Shown in pieces: positions 1 through 9,227 of a stretch of 64,000 nucleotides of DNA (its first letter is position 1; each line of letters begins with the position of its first letter). Both the position numbers and the translations under genes were made by a program. Source of the stretch: Wenjunlia vitaminophila DSM 41686 (GTDB lineage: Bacteria > Actinomycetota > Actinomycetes > Streptomycetales > Streptomycetaceae); assembly GCF_000380165.1 (NCBI RefSeq), contig NZ_KB904735.1, positions 116,721 to 180,720 on the forward strand. Direction: 5' to 3'. The notes beneath the pieces are model-generated. The model saw only the letters and a list, made by a program, of their open reading frames with translations, had not been told where the DNA came from and did not search any database.

Positions 1-1296
1 CTCGGTGGCCCGCTGCCCGAGGACGGGGAGGGCACCCTGGCCACCGTCGGCCGCCTGATCGACGTCGGGACGGCCACGGCCACCCACTCCCTGGGCCCCC
101 GGTTCTTCCACTACGTCACCGGTGGCGCGACCCCCGCGGCCCAGGCCGGGGACTGGTTGACCTCCCTGCTGGACCAGGTCAGCGGACTGTGGGCGGCCTC
201 CGCCTTCGCCACCGAGGCGGAGACCGTCGCGCTGCGCTGGCTCAAGGAACTGTTCCACCTCCCGGAGAGCCACGGCGCGGTGCTCACCCCGAGCGCCACG
301 TTCGCCAACCTCACCGGACTCGCCTGTGCCCGCCAGTGGTGGGGCGAGCGACACGGCGTGGACATCGCCGCCGAGGGACTCGCCGGACTGCCCCGGATGC
401 CCGTCCTGGCCAGCGGGTACGTCCACGTCAGCACCCGCAAGGCGTTGCAGATCCTGGGCTGCGGCCGGGACACCGTCCAGGTCCACGCCCGGGACGACGC
501 GGGGCGGATCGACCTCGCCGCGATGGACCGGGCACTGAGCAGGACCCAGGGCCCGGCGGTGATCGTCGGGACGGCCGGTGAGGTCGACACCGGCGACTTC
601 GACCCCCTGGCGGATCTCGCCGACCTGGCCGAGGCGCACGGCGCCTGGCTCCACGTGGACGGGGCGTTCGGCCTGTTCGCCGCGGTGACACCCCGGCTCG
701 CCCACCTGGTGGACGGGGTGGAACGCGCCGACTCGGTCGCCTCCGACGGACACAAGTGGCTCAACGTCCCCTACGAGAGCGGATTCGCCTTCGTCCGGGA
801 ACGGGAGTGGATGCGGAAGGCGTTCGGTGCCTGGAACGCCGCCTACCTGCGCTCCGGGGACGGCGAGGAACGGATCGACTACAACAACCTGGGGCCGGAG
901 TCCTCGCGCCGCGCCCGGGCACTGCCGGTCTGGGCCACCCTGCGCGCGTACGGCAGGCAGGGGTACCGGGACATGGTGGAGCGCCACCACGACCTGGCGC
1001 TGCGCCTGGGCGACCTGGTCCAACGCGCCCCCGACCTGGAACTGCTGGCCCCGGTGCGGCTGTGCGTGGTCTGCTTCCGCTACCGGCCGCCGGGCGTGGA
1101 CGGAGCCGAGCTGGACGCGCTCAACCAGCGGCTCGGTGCCGAGCTCCTCGCCGACGGAAGGGTCCTGGCCGGGACCACGGTCCACCGCGGGATGACCGCC
1201 CTGCGGCCGGCGATCGTCAACTGGCGCACCGGCGAACGGGAGATCGACCTGTTGGTCGAGGTGGTCCGGACGATCGGTGCCCGGCTCTCCGGCTGA
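1..1296 (+). CDS. pyridoxal-dependent (group II) amino-acid decarboxylase, 5' end outside window
   Basis: Frame 1 is open from base 1. PLP-lysine motif SVASDGHKWLNVPYESGF and overall similarity to DABA/tyrosine decarboxylase-type enzymes. Stop at 1294-1296. Confidence 0.8.
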   Translation, partial: LGGPLPEDGEGTLATVGRLIDVGTATATHSLGPRFFHYVTGGATPAAQAGDWLTSLLDQVSGLWAASAFATEAETVALRWLKELFHLPESHGAVLTPSATFANLTGLACARQWWGERHGVDIAAEGLAGLPRMPVLASGYVHVSTRKALQILGCGRDTVQVHARDDAGRIDLAAMDRALSRTQGPAVIVGTAGEVDTGDFDPLADLADLAEAHGAWLHVDGAFGLFAAVTPRLAHLVDGVERADSVASDGHKWLNVPYESGFAFVREREWMRKAFGAWNAAYLRSGDGEERIDYNNLGPESSRRARALPVWATLRAYGRQGYRDMVERHHDLALRLGDLVQRAPDLELLAPVRLCVVCFRYRPPGVDGAELDALNQRLGAELLADGRVLAGTTVHRGMTALRPAIVNWRTGEREIDLLVEVVRTIGARLSG

Positions 1297-1322
1297 CGCC
1301 ACCGCCCGGGGCCGGCCCCCGG

Positions 1323-2072
1323 TCAGAGCCCCCCGGCGACCCGCAGCACCGCGCCCGTGGCGTACGACGCCTCCGGGGACATCAGCCAGGCGACCGCCGC
1401 GGCGATCTCGTCCGGTTCCCCGGCCCGTCGCATCGGCACGGCCGGGGCCTTCCGCTCCGGTCGGTCCGGGTCGCCCATGGCACGGTGGATGTCGGTGTGG
1501 ACGAGACCGGGCTGGACGGAGTTGACCCGGATGCCCTCCGTCGCCAGCTCCTTGGAGAGCCCCACCGTCATCGCGTCCACCGCCGCCTTGCTCGCCGCGT
1601 AGTGCACGTACTCCCCGGGGCTGCCCAGCGTGGCCGCCCCGGAGGAGACGTTCACGATGGCGCCGCCCCGGCCGCCCCGCCGGGTGCTCATCTCCCGGGC
1701 GGCCCGGCGCGCGCACAGCAGCGCGCCGACGACGTTGACCTGCACCACGTTGCGCATGGTCCCCGGGGCGGTCTCGGTGAACCGGCCCAGGGGACCGGTG
1801 ATCCCCGCGTTGTTCACCAGGCCGGTCACCGGGCCGAGCTCGGCGACCACCACGTCGAAGAGGTGGTCCACATCCGCCTCGACGGCCACGTCGGCGCGGA
1901 CCGTGACGCACCGCCCGCCGTTCGCCCGCACCTCCCGGGCCACCGCCTCGGCGGCCTGACGGTCGTCGCGGTAACCGATGCCCACCGCGTGCCCGGCCGC
2001 GGCCAGCCGGCGGGTGACCGCCGCCCCGATGCCGCGGCTGCCACCGGTGACCACTGTGATCTCGTTGTCCAC
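1323..2072 (-). CDS. short-chain dehydrogenase/reductase (SDR) family oxidoreductase
   Basis: N-terminal TGGSRGIG Rossmann motif and NNAG and YxxxK-like SDR motifs. Start placed at GTG 2070-2072 because the ORF-track ATG at 2222 adds an Arg-rich 47-aa extension with no homology. Start uncertain. Confidence 0.75.
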   Translation of the reverse strand: MDNEITVVTGGSRGIGAAVTRRLAAAGHAVGIGYRDDRQAAEAVAREVRANGGRCVTVRADVAVEADVDHLFDVVVAELGPVTGLVNNAGITGPLGRFTETAPGTMRNVVQVNVVGALLCARRAAREMSTRRGGRGGAIVNVSSGAATLGSPGEYVHYAASKAAVDAMTVGLSKELATEGIRVNSVQPGLVHTDIHRAMGDPDRPERKAPAVPMRRAGEPDEIAAAVAWLMSPEASYATGAVLRVAGGL

Positions 2073-2254
2073 CAGCCTGACGGTAGCCCATCGCCCGTGT
2101 CCGTCGGACGCCTGGCGTTCGCCGAGGTCAGGGCGGGGTCGACGCCCCCGGGGGCATTGGTCTTGACCAACGACCGCGCGCGCCCTACTGTCCCCCATAG
2201 TGCAGGGTCCTTTAATAAACAAGGCACGAAAACCGAGGCGTAGCAGGGGGACAG

Positions 2255-3010
2255 GTGGCGAGGACGCGGCCGGCGGCGGCGCAGGAGCCCAAGTACTGGC
2301 ATCTGAAGACCGTCCTCAACGACGCCCTGGAGACCGACTTCGCCGTCGGTGAGGTACTGCCCAACGAGCGGGAGCTCGCCGCTCGCTTCGGAGTGGCCCG
2401 GGCGACCCTGCGCCAGGCCCTGGACCAGCTCGAGCTCGAGGGCCGGTTGCAGCGGCGCCGCGGAGTGGGCACCACTGTCGCCGGCCCCCGCGTCGGCGTC
2501 CCGGTGGCCCGCCAGCACCACGGCTGGCCGGGCTCCGCGCACGACTCCTGGCGCACCACGGACTGCGCGGAGGAGCCGGCGCCGCCCGCCGTGGCCACGA
2601 TGCTCGCCGTCCCGGCGAACGAGACGGTGTACACCCTGCGCCGGCTCCGCATGATGGGCGAGCAGACCGTCGGCACCGAGGAGCTCTACATCCCCAGGAG
2701 GACCGTCCCCGGGATCTCCGGGTTCCTCGCCGCCGGGGGCAGGGCCCGGGTGGTGCTGCGCGAGCTCCAGGGCCTGCGACTCCAGGGTGAGCCCCGCTCG
2801 GTGGAGCTGGGGGTGGCCGGGGCCGAGGACGCCAGGCAGCTCGACCGACTCCCCGGTTCCCCGGTGCTCGTCGTCACCACCCGCTACGTCAGCGAGGAAC
2901 GCGTCGCGGCGGTGGCCATCTCCACCTACCGGGCCGACACCTGCCGGCTGACCTTCGACGGGTCCGGCGAGGTCGAGGTCACGCCGTACGACACCCGTCA
3001 GGCGTCCTGA
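2255..3010 (+). CDS. GntR-family transcriptional regulator (HTH plus UTRA-like effector domain)
   Basis: N-terminal GntR winged HTH (ERELAARFGVARATLRQALDQLELEGRL). Length is typical at 251 aa. Confidence 0.85.
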   Translation: MARTRPAAAQEPKYWHLKTVLNDALETDFAVGEVLPNERELAARFGVARATLRQALDQLELEGRLQRRRGVGTTVAGPRVGVPVARQHHGWPGSAHDSWRTTDCAEEPAPPAVATMLAVPANETVYTLRRLRMMGEQTVGTEELYIPRRTVPGISGFLAAGGRARVVLRELQGLRLQGEPRSVELGVAGAEDARQLDRLPGSPVLVVTTRYVSEERVAAVAISTYRADTCRLTFDGSGEVEVTPYDTRQAS

Positions 3011-3063
3011 CCCGAGCCCCGCCGGAACACCCTCCGCCCTTCCCGGTGGGACCGCCGGGGTGC

Positions 3064-4212
3064 TCAGGGAGCGGCCGCGCCGACCGCGGAGAACCGCTCC
3101 TCCACGTGGTCAAGCGCGAGGCGCAACGCCCCGGTGGTGATCGCCGCGTCCCCCAGCGCCGACAGCTCCACCCGGGGCGGACGCAGACAGCAGCGGGCGA
3201 GTCGGGTGCGCAGTGGCTCCAGCACGTCGTCCAGGCCCGCCGCCCAGCCGCCGACCACCACCACCTCCGGATCGAGGGCGACGACCAGCGCGCCCACGTC
3301 CTGCACCAGGCGGCCCACGAACCGGTCCACGGCGCTCCCGGCCACCGGATCGCCCTCCCGGGCCAGCCGGAACACCTCGGTCACGGCGTTCTCGTCCAGC
3401 GGGTGCAGGGGCTGGCCGGTGGTGGACAGCAGCCGCTCCGGGGTCGCCCCGAGCCCCAGCAGGTGCAGGGCGCCGATCTCCCCGGCGGCGCCGCCGTGGC
3501 CGCGGTGGATCCTCCCGTTGATCAGGGAGCCGGCCCCGGGGCTCAGCCCGGCCAGCACGAACACCAGGTCGTCCGAGCCGGCCGCGGCGCCCTTCCAGCG
3601 CTCGGCGACCGCGGCCAGGTTGGCGTCGTTCTCCACCAGCACAGGACAGGGGAAGGCCCCGCGCAGTCGCTCGCCCAACGGCAGCTCCGTCCAGCCGGGG
3701 AGCGCCGTGCACAGCCGCACCGTCCCGTTCGCCTCGACGATCCCCGGCGTGCCCACCCCCACCGCGCGGAGGGTGTCCCGGGCCACCCCGGCCCGCTGGA
3801 GCAGCTCGGTCACCACCTGGTCGAGCAGGCCCAGCCGGTCCTCCGCGGAGGCCGACTCGGCCACCTGCCTGGTGTGCGAGCCCAGCAGGCGTCCACTGAG
3901 GTCGGACAGCAGGGTGTGGACCCGGTGCACACCGACCTCGACACCGAGCAGGTGCCCGGACTCGGCGTGGAAGCGGTAGCGGCGAGCGGGGCGCCCCTGC
4001 CGGCGGTTGTCCTGCGGCTCCGGCTCGACCTCCACGACCAGGCCGGCCTCGACGAGACCGTCCACCGCGCCCTCCACCGTGGGGCGGGACAGGCCGGTCA
4101 TGCCGACCAGCTCGGTCAGGCTGGAGTGCCGCGTCCCGCGCAGCGCACGCAGGACAACCGCGGAGTTGATCCGCCGCAGCAGGGACGGATCTCCGCCGGT
4201 GAGCTGTCCCAA
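3064..4212 (-). CDS. ROK-family transcriptional regulator (NagC/XylR type)
   Basis: N-terminal HTH (LTELVGMTGLSRPTVEGAVDGL) followed by the ROK sugar-kinase-like fold (GVGTPGIV, ENDANLAAVAE, zinc-motif His and Cys). The ORF-track start at 4377 gives an Arg-rich extension that overlaps the decayed mug remnant. TTG at 4212 is preferred but uncertain. Confidence 0.7.
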   Translation of the reverse strand: MGQLTGGDPSLLRRINSAVVLRALRGTRHSSLTELVGMTGLSRPTVEGAVDGLVEAGLVVEVEPEPQDNRRQGRPARRYRFHAESGHLLGVEVGVHRVHTLLSDLSGRLLGSHTRQVAESASAEDRLGLLDQVVTELLQRAGVARDTLRAVGVGTPGIVEANGTVRLCTALPGWTELPLGERLRGAFPCPVLVENDANLAAVAERWKGAAAGSDDLVFVLAGLSPGAGSLINGRIHRGHGGAAGEIGALHLLGLGATPERLLSTTGQPLHPLDENAVTEVFRLAREGDPVAGSAVDRFVGRLVQDVGALVVALDPEVVVVGGWAAGLDDVLEPLRTRLARCCLRPPRVELSALGDAAITTGALRLALDHVEERFSAVGAAAP

Positions 4213-4289
4213 CGTCCGACCCTCCCAGCGTTGGCTGGTGACATGTCCCAATGGTGTTCGGTGCGCGGTGCCCGTGCGGAGCCTACCGC

Positions 4290-4554
4290 CGCGTGCGGGG
4301 CGCGGCGAGATGACCGGACCCCTCCGGGACCCACCGCGGGCACGCCCCGGGGCCGCGCCCCGGCGAGCGCGAGCCACGTCGGGCGCAGCCGAAGCACCTT
4401 CTCGGTGAGCGCCCTGCCCCCCTCGATGAACTCCTCGGGTGAGAGCTCGTCGGCCCGCGGTCGCCCGGCGCAGACGTTGGTCAGGCCCAGGCCCAGGCCG
4501 AGACCGACCAGTTCGCCCTGCTCGTCCGATCGCATCAGCAGGGGGTGAAGCCAG
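4290..4554 (-). pseudogene. mug: C-terminal remnant of G/U-mismatch DNA glycosylase (mug), multiply frameshifted
   Basis: The translation (P)LLMRSDEQGELVGLGLGLGLTNVCAGRPRADELSPEEFIEGGRALTEKVLRLRPTWLALAG aligns with the E. coli Mug middle region ([51 protein letters not shown]). The expected VLPNPSG-like C-terminus is only recoverable in another frame (RWVPEGSG). Confidence 0.55.
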
Positions 4555-4565
4555 AGCGGTGCATA
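4543..4565. repeat. left junction motif GGGTGAAG-N9-TGCATA of the low-GC insertion
   Basis: The same GGGTGAAG and TGCATA words recur at 6653-6666. Both flank the two mug fragments. Confidence 0.4.
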
Positions 4566-4660
4566 TGTACCCGACCTTCTGTCCACGAACTCAAGCCCAC
4601 TCACGGGGTGGATCTGGAAGACTCCTGCGCGGTACCTAGCTGACATCAGTCCAGGGACGC

Positions 4661-6238
4661 TTGAGGGGGCAGGGAGCCGCTGTGGAATGGATCTCCATCG
4701 TTTTGATCATTCTGGTGGTGCTGGTCCTCATCACCTTGGTCAAGGCGATCCATGTCATTCCGCAGGGCAGCGCCGCCATCGTGGAACGTTTCGGCCGCTA
4801 CACCCGCACCCTCAACGCTGGCCTGAGCATCGTTGTCCCGTTCATCGACAAGGTCGGCGACCGCATCGACCTCCGTGAGCAGGTCGTCCCCTTCCCATCG
4901 CAGCTCGCGATCATCCAGGACAACCTGGTCGTTGATATCGACACCGTCGTCTACTACCAGGTGACCGATGTCCGCGCTGCGACCTACGAAGTCGCCAGCT
5001 ACATCCAGGCGATCGAGCAGCTCACTGTCACCACGCTACGCAGCGTCGTCGGTGGCATGAACCTCGAACGAACCCTCACCTCGCGGGAGGAAATCAACGC
5101 GACCCTGCGCGGCGTCCTCGACGAGGCCACCGGCAAGTGGGGCATCCGCGTCAACCGCGTCGAACTCAAGGGCATCTTGCCGCCCACTTCCATCCAGGAC
5201 TCGATGGAGAAGCAGATGCGCGCCGATCGTGACAAGCGCACCGCGATCCTCACCGCCGAAGGCGAGAGGCATGCCGCGCTGTTGAAAGCGGAAACCGAAC
5301 GCGACGTGGCCACCATCCTCGCTGGAGGGAGCGGAGCGATGCGCGGGATACCGCAGTCGCCCGTCCAGGCCGGTCCCACACCTGGACATCAGCCGTTGCT
5401 GCAGGACGATCCTCGCCGCGTCGGCCGTTACCACCTGACGGCTCGGCTGGGCCAAGGGGGGATGGGGACGGTCTATCTCGGCCAGTCCCCCGGGCAGCGC
5501 CTGGTCGCGGTCAAAGTCATCCGGTCGGAGTTCGCTACGGACCCAACATTCCGAAAGCGGTTCGCCCGCGAGATCGAAGCCGTACGCCGTGTCGGCGGCT
5601 TCCACACCGCGCCAGTGGTTGATGCCGACCCCCACGGCGACCCGCCCTGGCTGGCGACCGAGTACATCCCCGGCCCGTCACTGCACGACGTCCTCGGGCA
5701 GCAGGGTGCCCTTCCCCCAAGGACCCTGCAGACCCTCGCTGTCGGTATCGCCGAAACGCTCGAAGGCATCCACGCCCGCGACATCATCCACCGCGACCTC
5801 AAACCCAGCAACATCATCATCTCTAGCTCAGGTCCTCGCATCATCGACTTCGGCGTCGCCCGAGCCCTCGACGGCACCGCACTTACCCGTACCAACTACG
5901 TCATCGGCACACAGGGGTTCCTCGCTCCGGAACAGCTCACCGGTGCGTCGATCACGCCTGCCGCGGATCTCTACGCCTTCGGCATGGTGCTGTGCCATGC
6001 CGCGGGAGCCACGCCGCTCACCGGCAGTGAATCCCTTGAGTCCGCCCTCAGTCTGTTGCCCTCTCGGTTCGTCGGCGTTATCACCCGGTGCCTCGATCAT
6101 GACCCGAGCCACCGTCCGACGCCCACCGAGGTGCTCGAACTGCTCTCCCAGAACGATGCATCATCCGAAGACTGGCTGCCGATTCCGGTACGCACGATGG
6201 TCGACCTGTACAACGCCCCTACTGTCTCGGCACCTTGA
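4661..6238 (+). CDS. SPFH/band-7 (stomatin or flotillin-like) domain fused to a Hanks-type Ser/Thr protein kinase domain; N-terminal TM anchor
   Basis: Residues 1-230 contain a TM helix WISIVLIILVVLVLITLV and an SPFH core (IVERFGRY..., EAETERDVAT). From about 250: Gly loop LGQGGMGTVY, VAVKVI, HRDLKPSNI, DFGVA, GTQGFLAPE. All catalytic kinase motifs are intact. Local GC is about 60 % against about 72 % in the flanks. Confidence 0.8.
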   Translation: MRGQGAAVEWISIVLIILVVLVLITLVKAIHVIPQGSAAIVERFGRYTRTLNAGLSIVVPFIDKVGDRIDLREQVVPFPSQLAIIQDNLVVDIDTVVYYQVTDVRAATYEVASYIQAIEQLTVTTLRSVVGGMNLERTLTSREEINATLRGVLDEATGKWGIRVNRVELKGILPPTSIQDSMEKQMRADRDKRTAILTAEGERHAALLKAETERDVATILAGGSGAMRGIPQSPVQAGPTPGHQPLLQDDPRRVGRYHLTARLGQGGMGTVYLGQSPGQRLVAVKVIRSEFATDPTFRKRFAREIEAVRRVGGFHTAPVVDADPHGDPPWLATEYIPGPSLHDVLGQQGALPPRTLQTLAVGIAETLEGIHARDIIHRDLKPSNIIISSSGPRIIDFGVARALDGTALTRTNYVIGTQGFLAPEQLTGASITPAADLYAFGMVLCHAAGATPLTGSESLESALSLLPSRFVGVITRCLDHDPSHRPTPTEVLELLSQNDASSEDWLPIPVRTMVDLYNAPTVSAP

Positions 6239-6632
6239 GCCAAGTATGTGCTCGACACCTCCAGTTCAGAGAAGCCTGCATCGCCCGATGCTTCAGATCA
6301 ATCCGAAAATGCTCGCGTGTCCGGATGAATTGGAGGAAGATCTTCAGGCCAGGTGAAAGAGGGCGGAGAGCGAGAAGTGGCTCGGTGAGTCGACGGCATC
6401 ACCTGACATTGACGTTCCTGCGCGCCAAGCGTGACGAAGCCCAACGGTTCCACCGCCGTGGCCCTGTCGATCTTGGCTTGCCGCACCCACGGCCTCCGGA
6501 GGCATGATGACCACCTCAACCAACCTGCCAACACCCCAGCCGTGCAGACGCTACCCGGGCACCGGACTCGTGATGCCTACTGTCGACCAAGCTCGTTGAG
6601 CAGGCCCACAGCTCAACTCATTCTGGAACGAT

Positions 6633-6828
6633 CAGTAAGTCGTCACTCGTCCGGGTGAAGTGCATAGGTGCAGGGTCGGCCAGAACCGGTTGCCCCGCCG
6701 GGCGAAGTGGTGGCCGGTGGCCGCGGACCACAGACCGGTGTTGATCCCGCAGAACAGCACCCGGAGCCCGGGGCCAGGACGTCGGGGATGACCTGGTCAC
6801 GGGCCGCGGCCAGCACCTCGGGGCCCAT
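6633..6828 (-). pseudogene. mug: N-terminal remnant of mug (G/U-mismatch DNA glycosylase) with a frameshift
   Basis: [23 protein letters not shown] then a -1 shift gives [32 protein letters not shown], matching the E. coli Mug N-terminus (DILAPGLRVVFCGINPGL...NRFW). The remnant ends at a stop right at the insertion junction. Confidence 0.6.
6653..6666. repeat. right junction motif GGGTGAAG-TGCATA of the low-GC insertion
   Basis: Direct repeat of the words at 4543-4565. Original mug sequence resumes immediately after it (ggtgcagggtcggccag = ...LHL codons). Confidence 0.4.
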
Positions 6829-6911
6829 CCGCCGGCGCGTCCCGACCCGCGAGGACGTCCGGGGGCGACCGGCAGGGCCGGACCCGGAGGTGGCATCGCT
6901 GACCGCGTCGG

Positions 6912-8345
6912 TCACAAGATGGCCCCCGGCACGTACCTGGAGGCCTCCGGGTGGCTGGCGGTGACCTGCTCGATCCGCTCCAGCACGGCCGCGACCTGCG
7001 CCGCCGCGGCACCGGTGAACGACAGTCGGTCCGCCATCAGCGCGCCCAGGGCGGACCGGTCCAGCGGGATGCGGTCGTCCTCGGCGAGCCGGTCCAACAG
7101 CTCGTTGTGCTGGACGCCCTTCTCCCGCATCGCCAGCGCGGAGGCCACCGCGTGCTCCTTGATCACCTCGTGGGCCTCCTCCCGGCCCACCCCGGCCCGC
7201 ACCGCGGCCATGAGGACCTTGGTGGTGGCCAGGAACGGCAGGTACCGGTCGAGCTCCCTGGCGATCACGGCCGGGAACGCCCCGAACTCGTCGAGGACCG
7301 TCAGGAACGTCTCCAGCAGGCCGTCCAGCGCGAAGAAGGCGTCCGGGAGCGCGACCCGGCGCACCACGGAGCAGGAGACGTCACCCTCGTTCCACTGGTC
7401 CCCGGCGAGCTCCCCGGCCATCGAGGCGTAGCCCCGCAGCACCACGGCGAGGCCGTTGACCCGTTCGCAGGAGCGGGTGTTCATCTTGTGCGGCATCGCC
7501 GAAGAACCCACCTGGCCCGGCTGGAAACCCTCGGTGACCAGCTCGTGCCCGGCCATCAGCCGGATCGTCCTGGCGATCCCGGACGGGGCGGCGGCGAGCT
7601 GCACCAGGGCGCTCAACACGTCGAAGTCCAGGGAACGCGGATAGACCTGGCCCACCGAGGTCAGGGTCCGGGCGAAGCCGAGGTGCTCGGCCACCCTGCG
7701 CTCGAGCTCGGCGAGCCGCCCCAGGTCCCCGTCGAGGAGGTCCAGCATGTCCTGGGCGGTGCCGACCGGACCCTTGACGCCGCGCAGCGGATAGCGGTCG
7801 ATCAGCTCGGTGAGCCGTTCGAACGCCACGAGCAGCTCGTCGGCGCCGGTCGCGAACCGCTTGCCCAGGGTGGTCGCCTGCGCCGCCACGTTGTGCGACC
7901 GGCCCGCCATCACCACCTCGGCGTGCTCGGCGGCGAGGCACCCGAGCCGGGCGAGGACCGCCACCACCCGGTCCCGCACGTGCTCCAGGGACAGCTTGAC
8001 CTGCAACTGCTCGACGTTCTCGGTCAGGTCCCGGGAGGTCATGCCCTTGTGCACCTGCTCGTGGCCGGCCAGGGCGTTGAACTCCTCGATGCGGGCCTTG
8101 ACGTCGTGGCGGGTGACCCTCTCCCGCTCCGCGATCGAGTCCAGGTCGACGGCCTCGACGACGCGTTCGTAGTCGGCGACCGCACCGTCCGGCACCGTCA
8201 CCCCGAGGTCCGCCTGTGCGCGCAGGACGGCCAGCCACAGGCGGCGCTCGAGGACCACCTTGTGCTCGGGGGACCACAGGGTGATGAGCTCGGCCGAGGC
8301 GTAACGGCTGGCCAGGACGTTCGGGATGCGGGGCTTTGAGGTCAC
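6912..8345 (-). CDS. purB: adenylosuccinate lyase
   Basis: Fumarate-lyase superfamily signature GSSAMPHKMN, 477 aa, typical PurB N-terminus MTSKPRIPNVLASRYAS. Confidence 0.9.
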   Translation of the reverse strand: MTSKPRIPNVLASRYASAELITLWSPEHKVVLERRLWLAVLRAQADLGVTVPDGAVADYERVVEAVDLDSIAERERVTRHDVKARIEEFNALAGHEQVHKGMTSRDLTENVEQLQVKLSLEHVRDRVVAVLARLGCLAAEHAEVVMAGRSHNVAAQATTLGKRFATGADELLVAFERLTELIDRYPLRGVKGPVGTAQDMLDLLDGDLGRLAELERRVAEHLGFARTLTSVGQVYPRSLDFDVLSALVQLAAAPSGIARTIRLMAGHELVTEGFQPGQVGSSAMPHKMNTRSCERVNGLAVVLRGYASMAGELAGDQWNEGDVSCSVVRRVALPDAFFALDGLLETFLTVLDEFGAFPAVIARELDRYLPFLATTKVLMAAVRAGVGREEAHEVIKEHAVASALAMREKGVQHNELLDRLAEDDRIPLDRSALGALMADRLSFTGAAAAQVAAVLERIEQVTASHPEASRYVPGAIL

Positions 8346-8391
8346 GGGCGTCCAGTGTAGTGCCGCTCCGACGCAGGTCAGGGCAGGGTGG

Positions 8392-9183
8392 TCAGACCGA
8401 GGCCGGTCCGCTGGTCCACGGCTCGAGGTCGGCGCGCTTGGCGGCCCGCCCGTCCCCGGAGGAGCGACCGGTGAGCCGGCGGCCGATCCACGGCCCGAGG
8501 TAGACCCGTGCCCAGCGCAGGTCGGCCCGCCGCTGGTCGGCCCACGAGGCGGACCCCGCGGGCGGCAGCGGCGCCGTCCAGTCGAACGACGGCGGGTAGC
8601 CCAGGGCCCGCAGGGTGGCCTCGGCCACCCTGCGGTGGCCCTCGGTGTTCAGGTGCAGCCGGTCCTCCGCCCAGAGCCGGGGGTCGTCGAAGACACGGAC
8701 CCCGAACAGGTCGACCACCACCGCGTCGTGCCGTCGGGCGAGGTCGTCGAGGAGCGCGTGCAGCCGCTCCACCCGGGGGAGCAGCCGCGCGCTGCCCCGC
8801 ATCCGACGGGTGGGGTCCGTGCTGCGGAAGAGCACCAGTTGCCGGGTGGTGGGGGCGAGCGTCTCCGCCGCCTCCTCCAGCCGGGCACACACCAGGCCCA
8901 CGTCGCACTTGGGCCGCAACACGTCGTTGATCCCACCGACCAGGGAGACCAGGTCGGCGTTCATCGCCGCGGCGACGGGGACCTGCTCGGCCGCGATCTG
9001 GCCGATCAGCTTGCCCCGCACGGCGAGGTTCGCGTAGCGGAAACCGGGGGCCCGCCCGGCCAGCCGGGCGGCGACGAGATCGGCCCAGCCGCGGTACGAG
9101 CCGTCGGGACCCTGGTCCGACATGCCCTCGGTGAACGAGTCCCCGAGTGCGACGAAACTGGTGAACGGGGTTGCCTTCTCCAT
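8392..9183 (-). CDS. SGNH/GDSL-family hydrolase (lipase or acylhydrolase-like)
   Basis: N-terminal GDSFTEG block with catalytic Ser, later GGINDV and DxxH-type blocks. No signal peptide is apparent. Confidence 0.75.
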   Translation of the reverse strand: MEKATPFTSFVALGDSFTEGMSDQGPDGSYRGWADLVAARLAGRAPGFRYANLAVRGKLIGQIAAEQVPVAAAMNADLVSLVGGINDVLRPKCDVGLVCARLEEAAETLAPTTRQLVLFRSTDPTRRMRGSARLLPRVERLHALLDDLARRHDAVVVDLFGVRVFDDPRLWAEDRLHLNTEGHRRVAEATLRALGYPPSFDWTAPLPPAGSASWADQRRADLRWARVYLGPWIGRRLTGRSSGDGRAAKRADLEPWTSGPASV

Positions 9184-9227
9184 GACCTGCCGATCTTACG
9201 ACGCGGGCCGGCGCCCGTGCAGCGGGT

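Noticed and set aside
756-2243. Very long opposite-strand or alternate-frame ORFs (for example 756..2243+, 3046..4548+, 6951..8339+, 10080..10970-, 19731..22856-, 21904..23826-, 24175..26022-, 49203..51890- upstream part)
   Set aside because: Arg/Pro/Gly-rich low-complexity translations, typical of stop-codon-poor antisense frames in 70+ % GC DNA. Each overlaps a gene with clear homology on the other strand.
6240-6660. Searched the ORF-less low-GC segment of the insertion for a tRNA (integration target) or integrase remnant
   Set aside because: No tRNA-like T-arm or acceptor pattern (no GGTTCGAATCC-type motif) and no frame with recognisable integrase residues by eye. It needs BLASTX to be sure.
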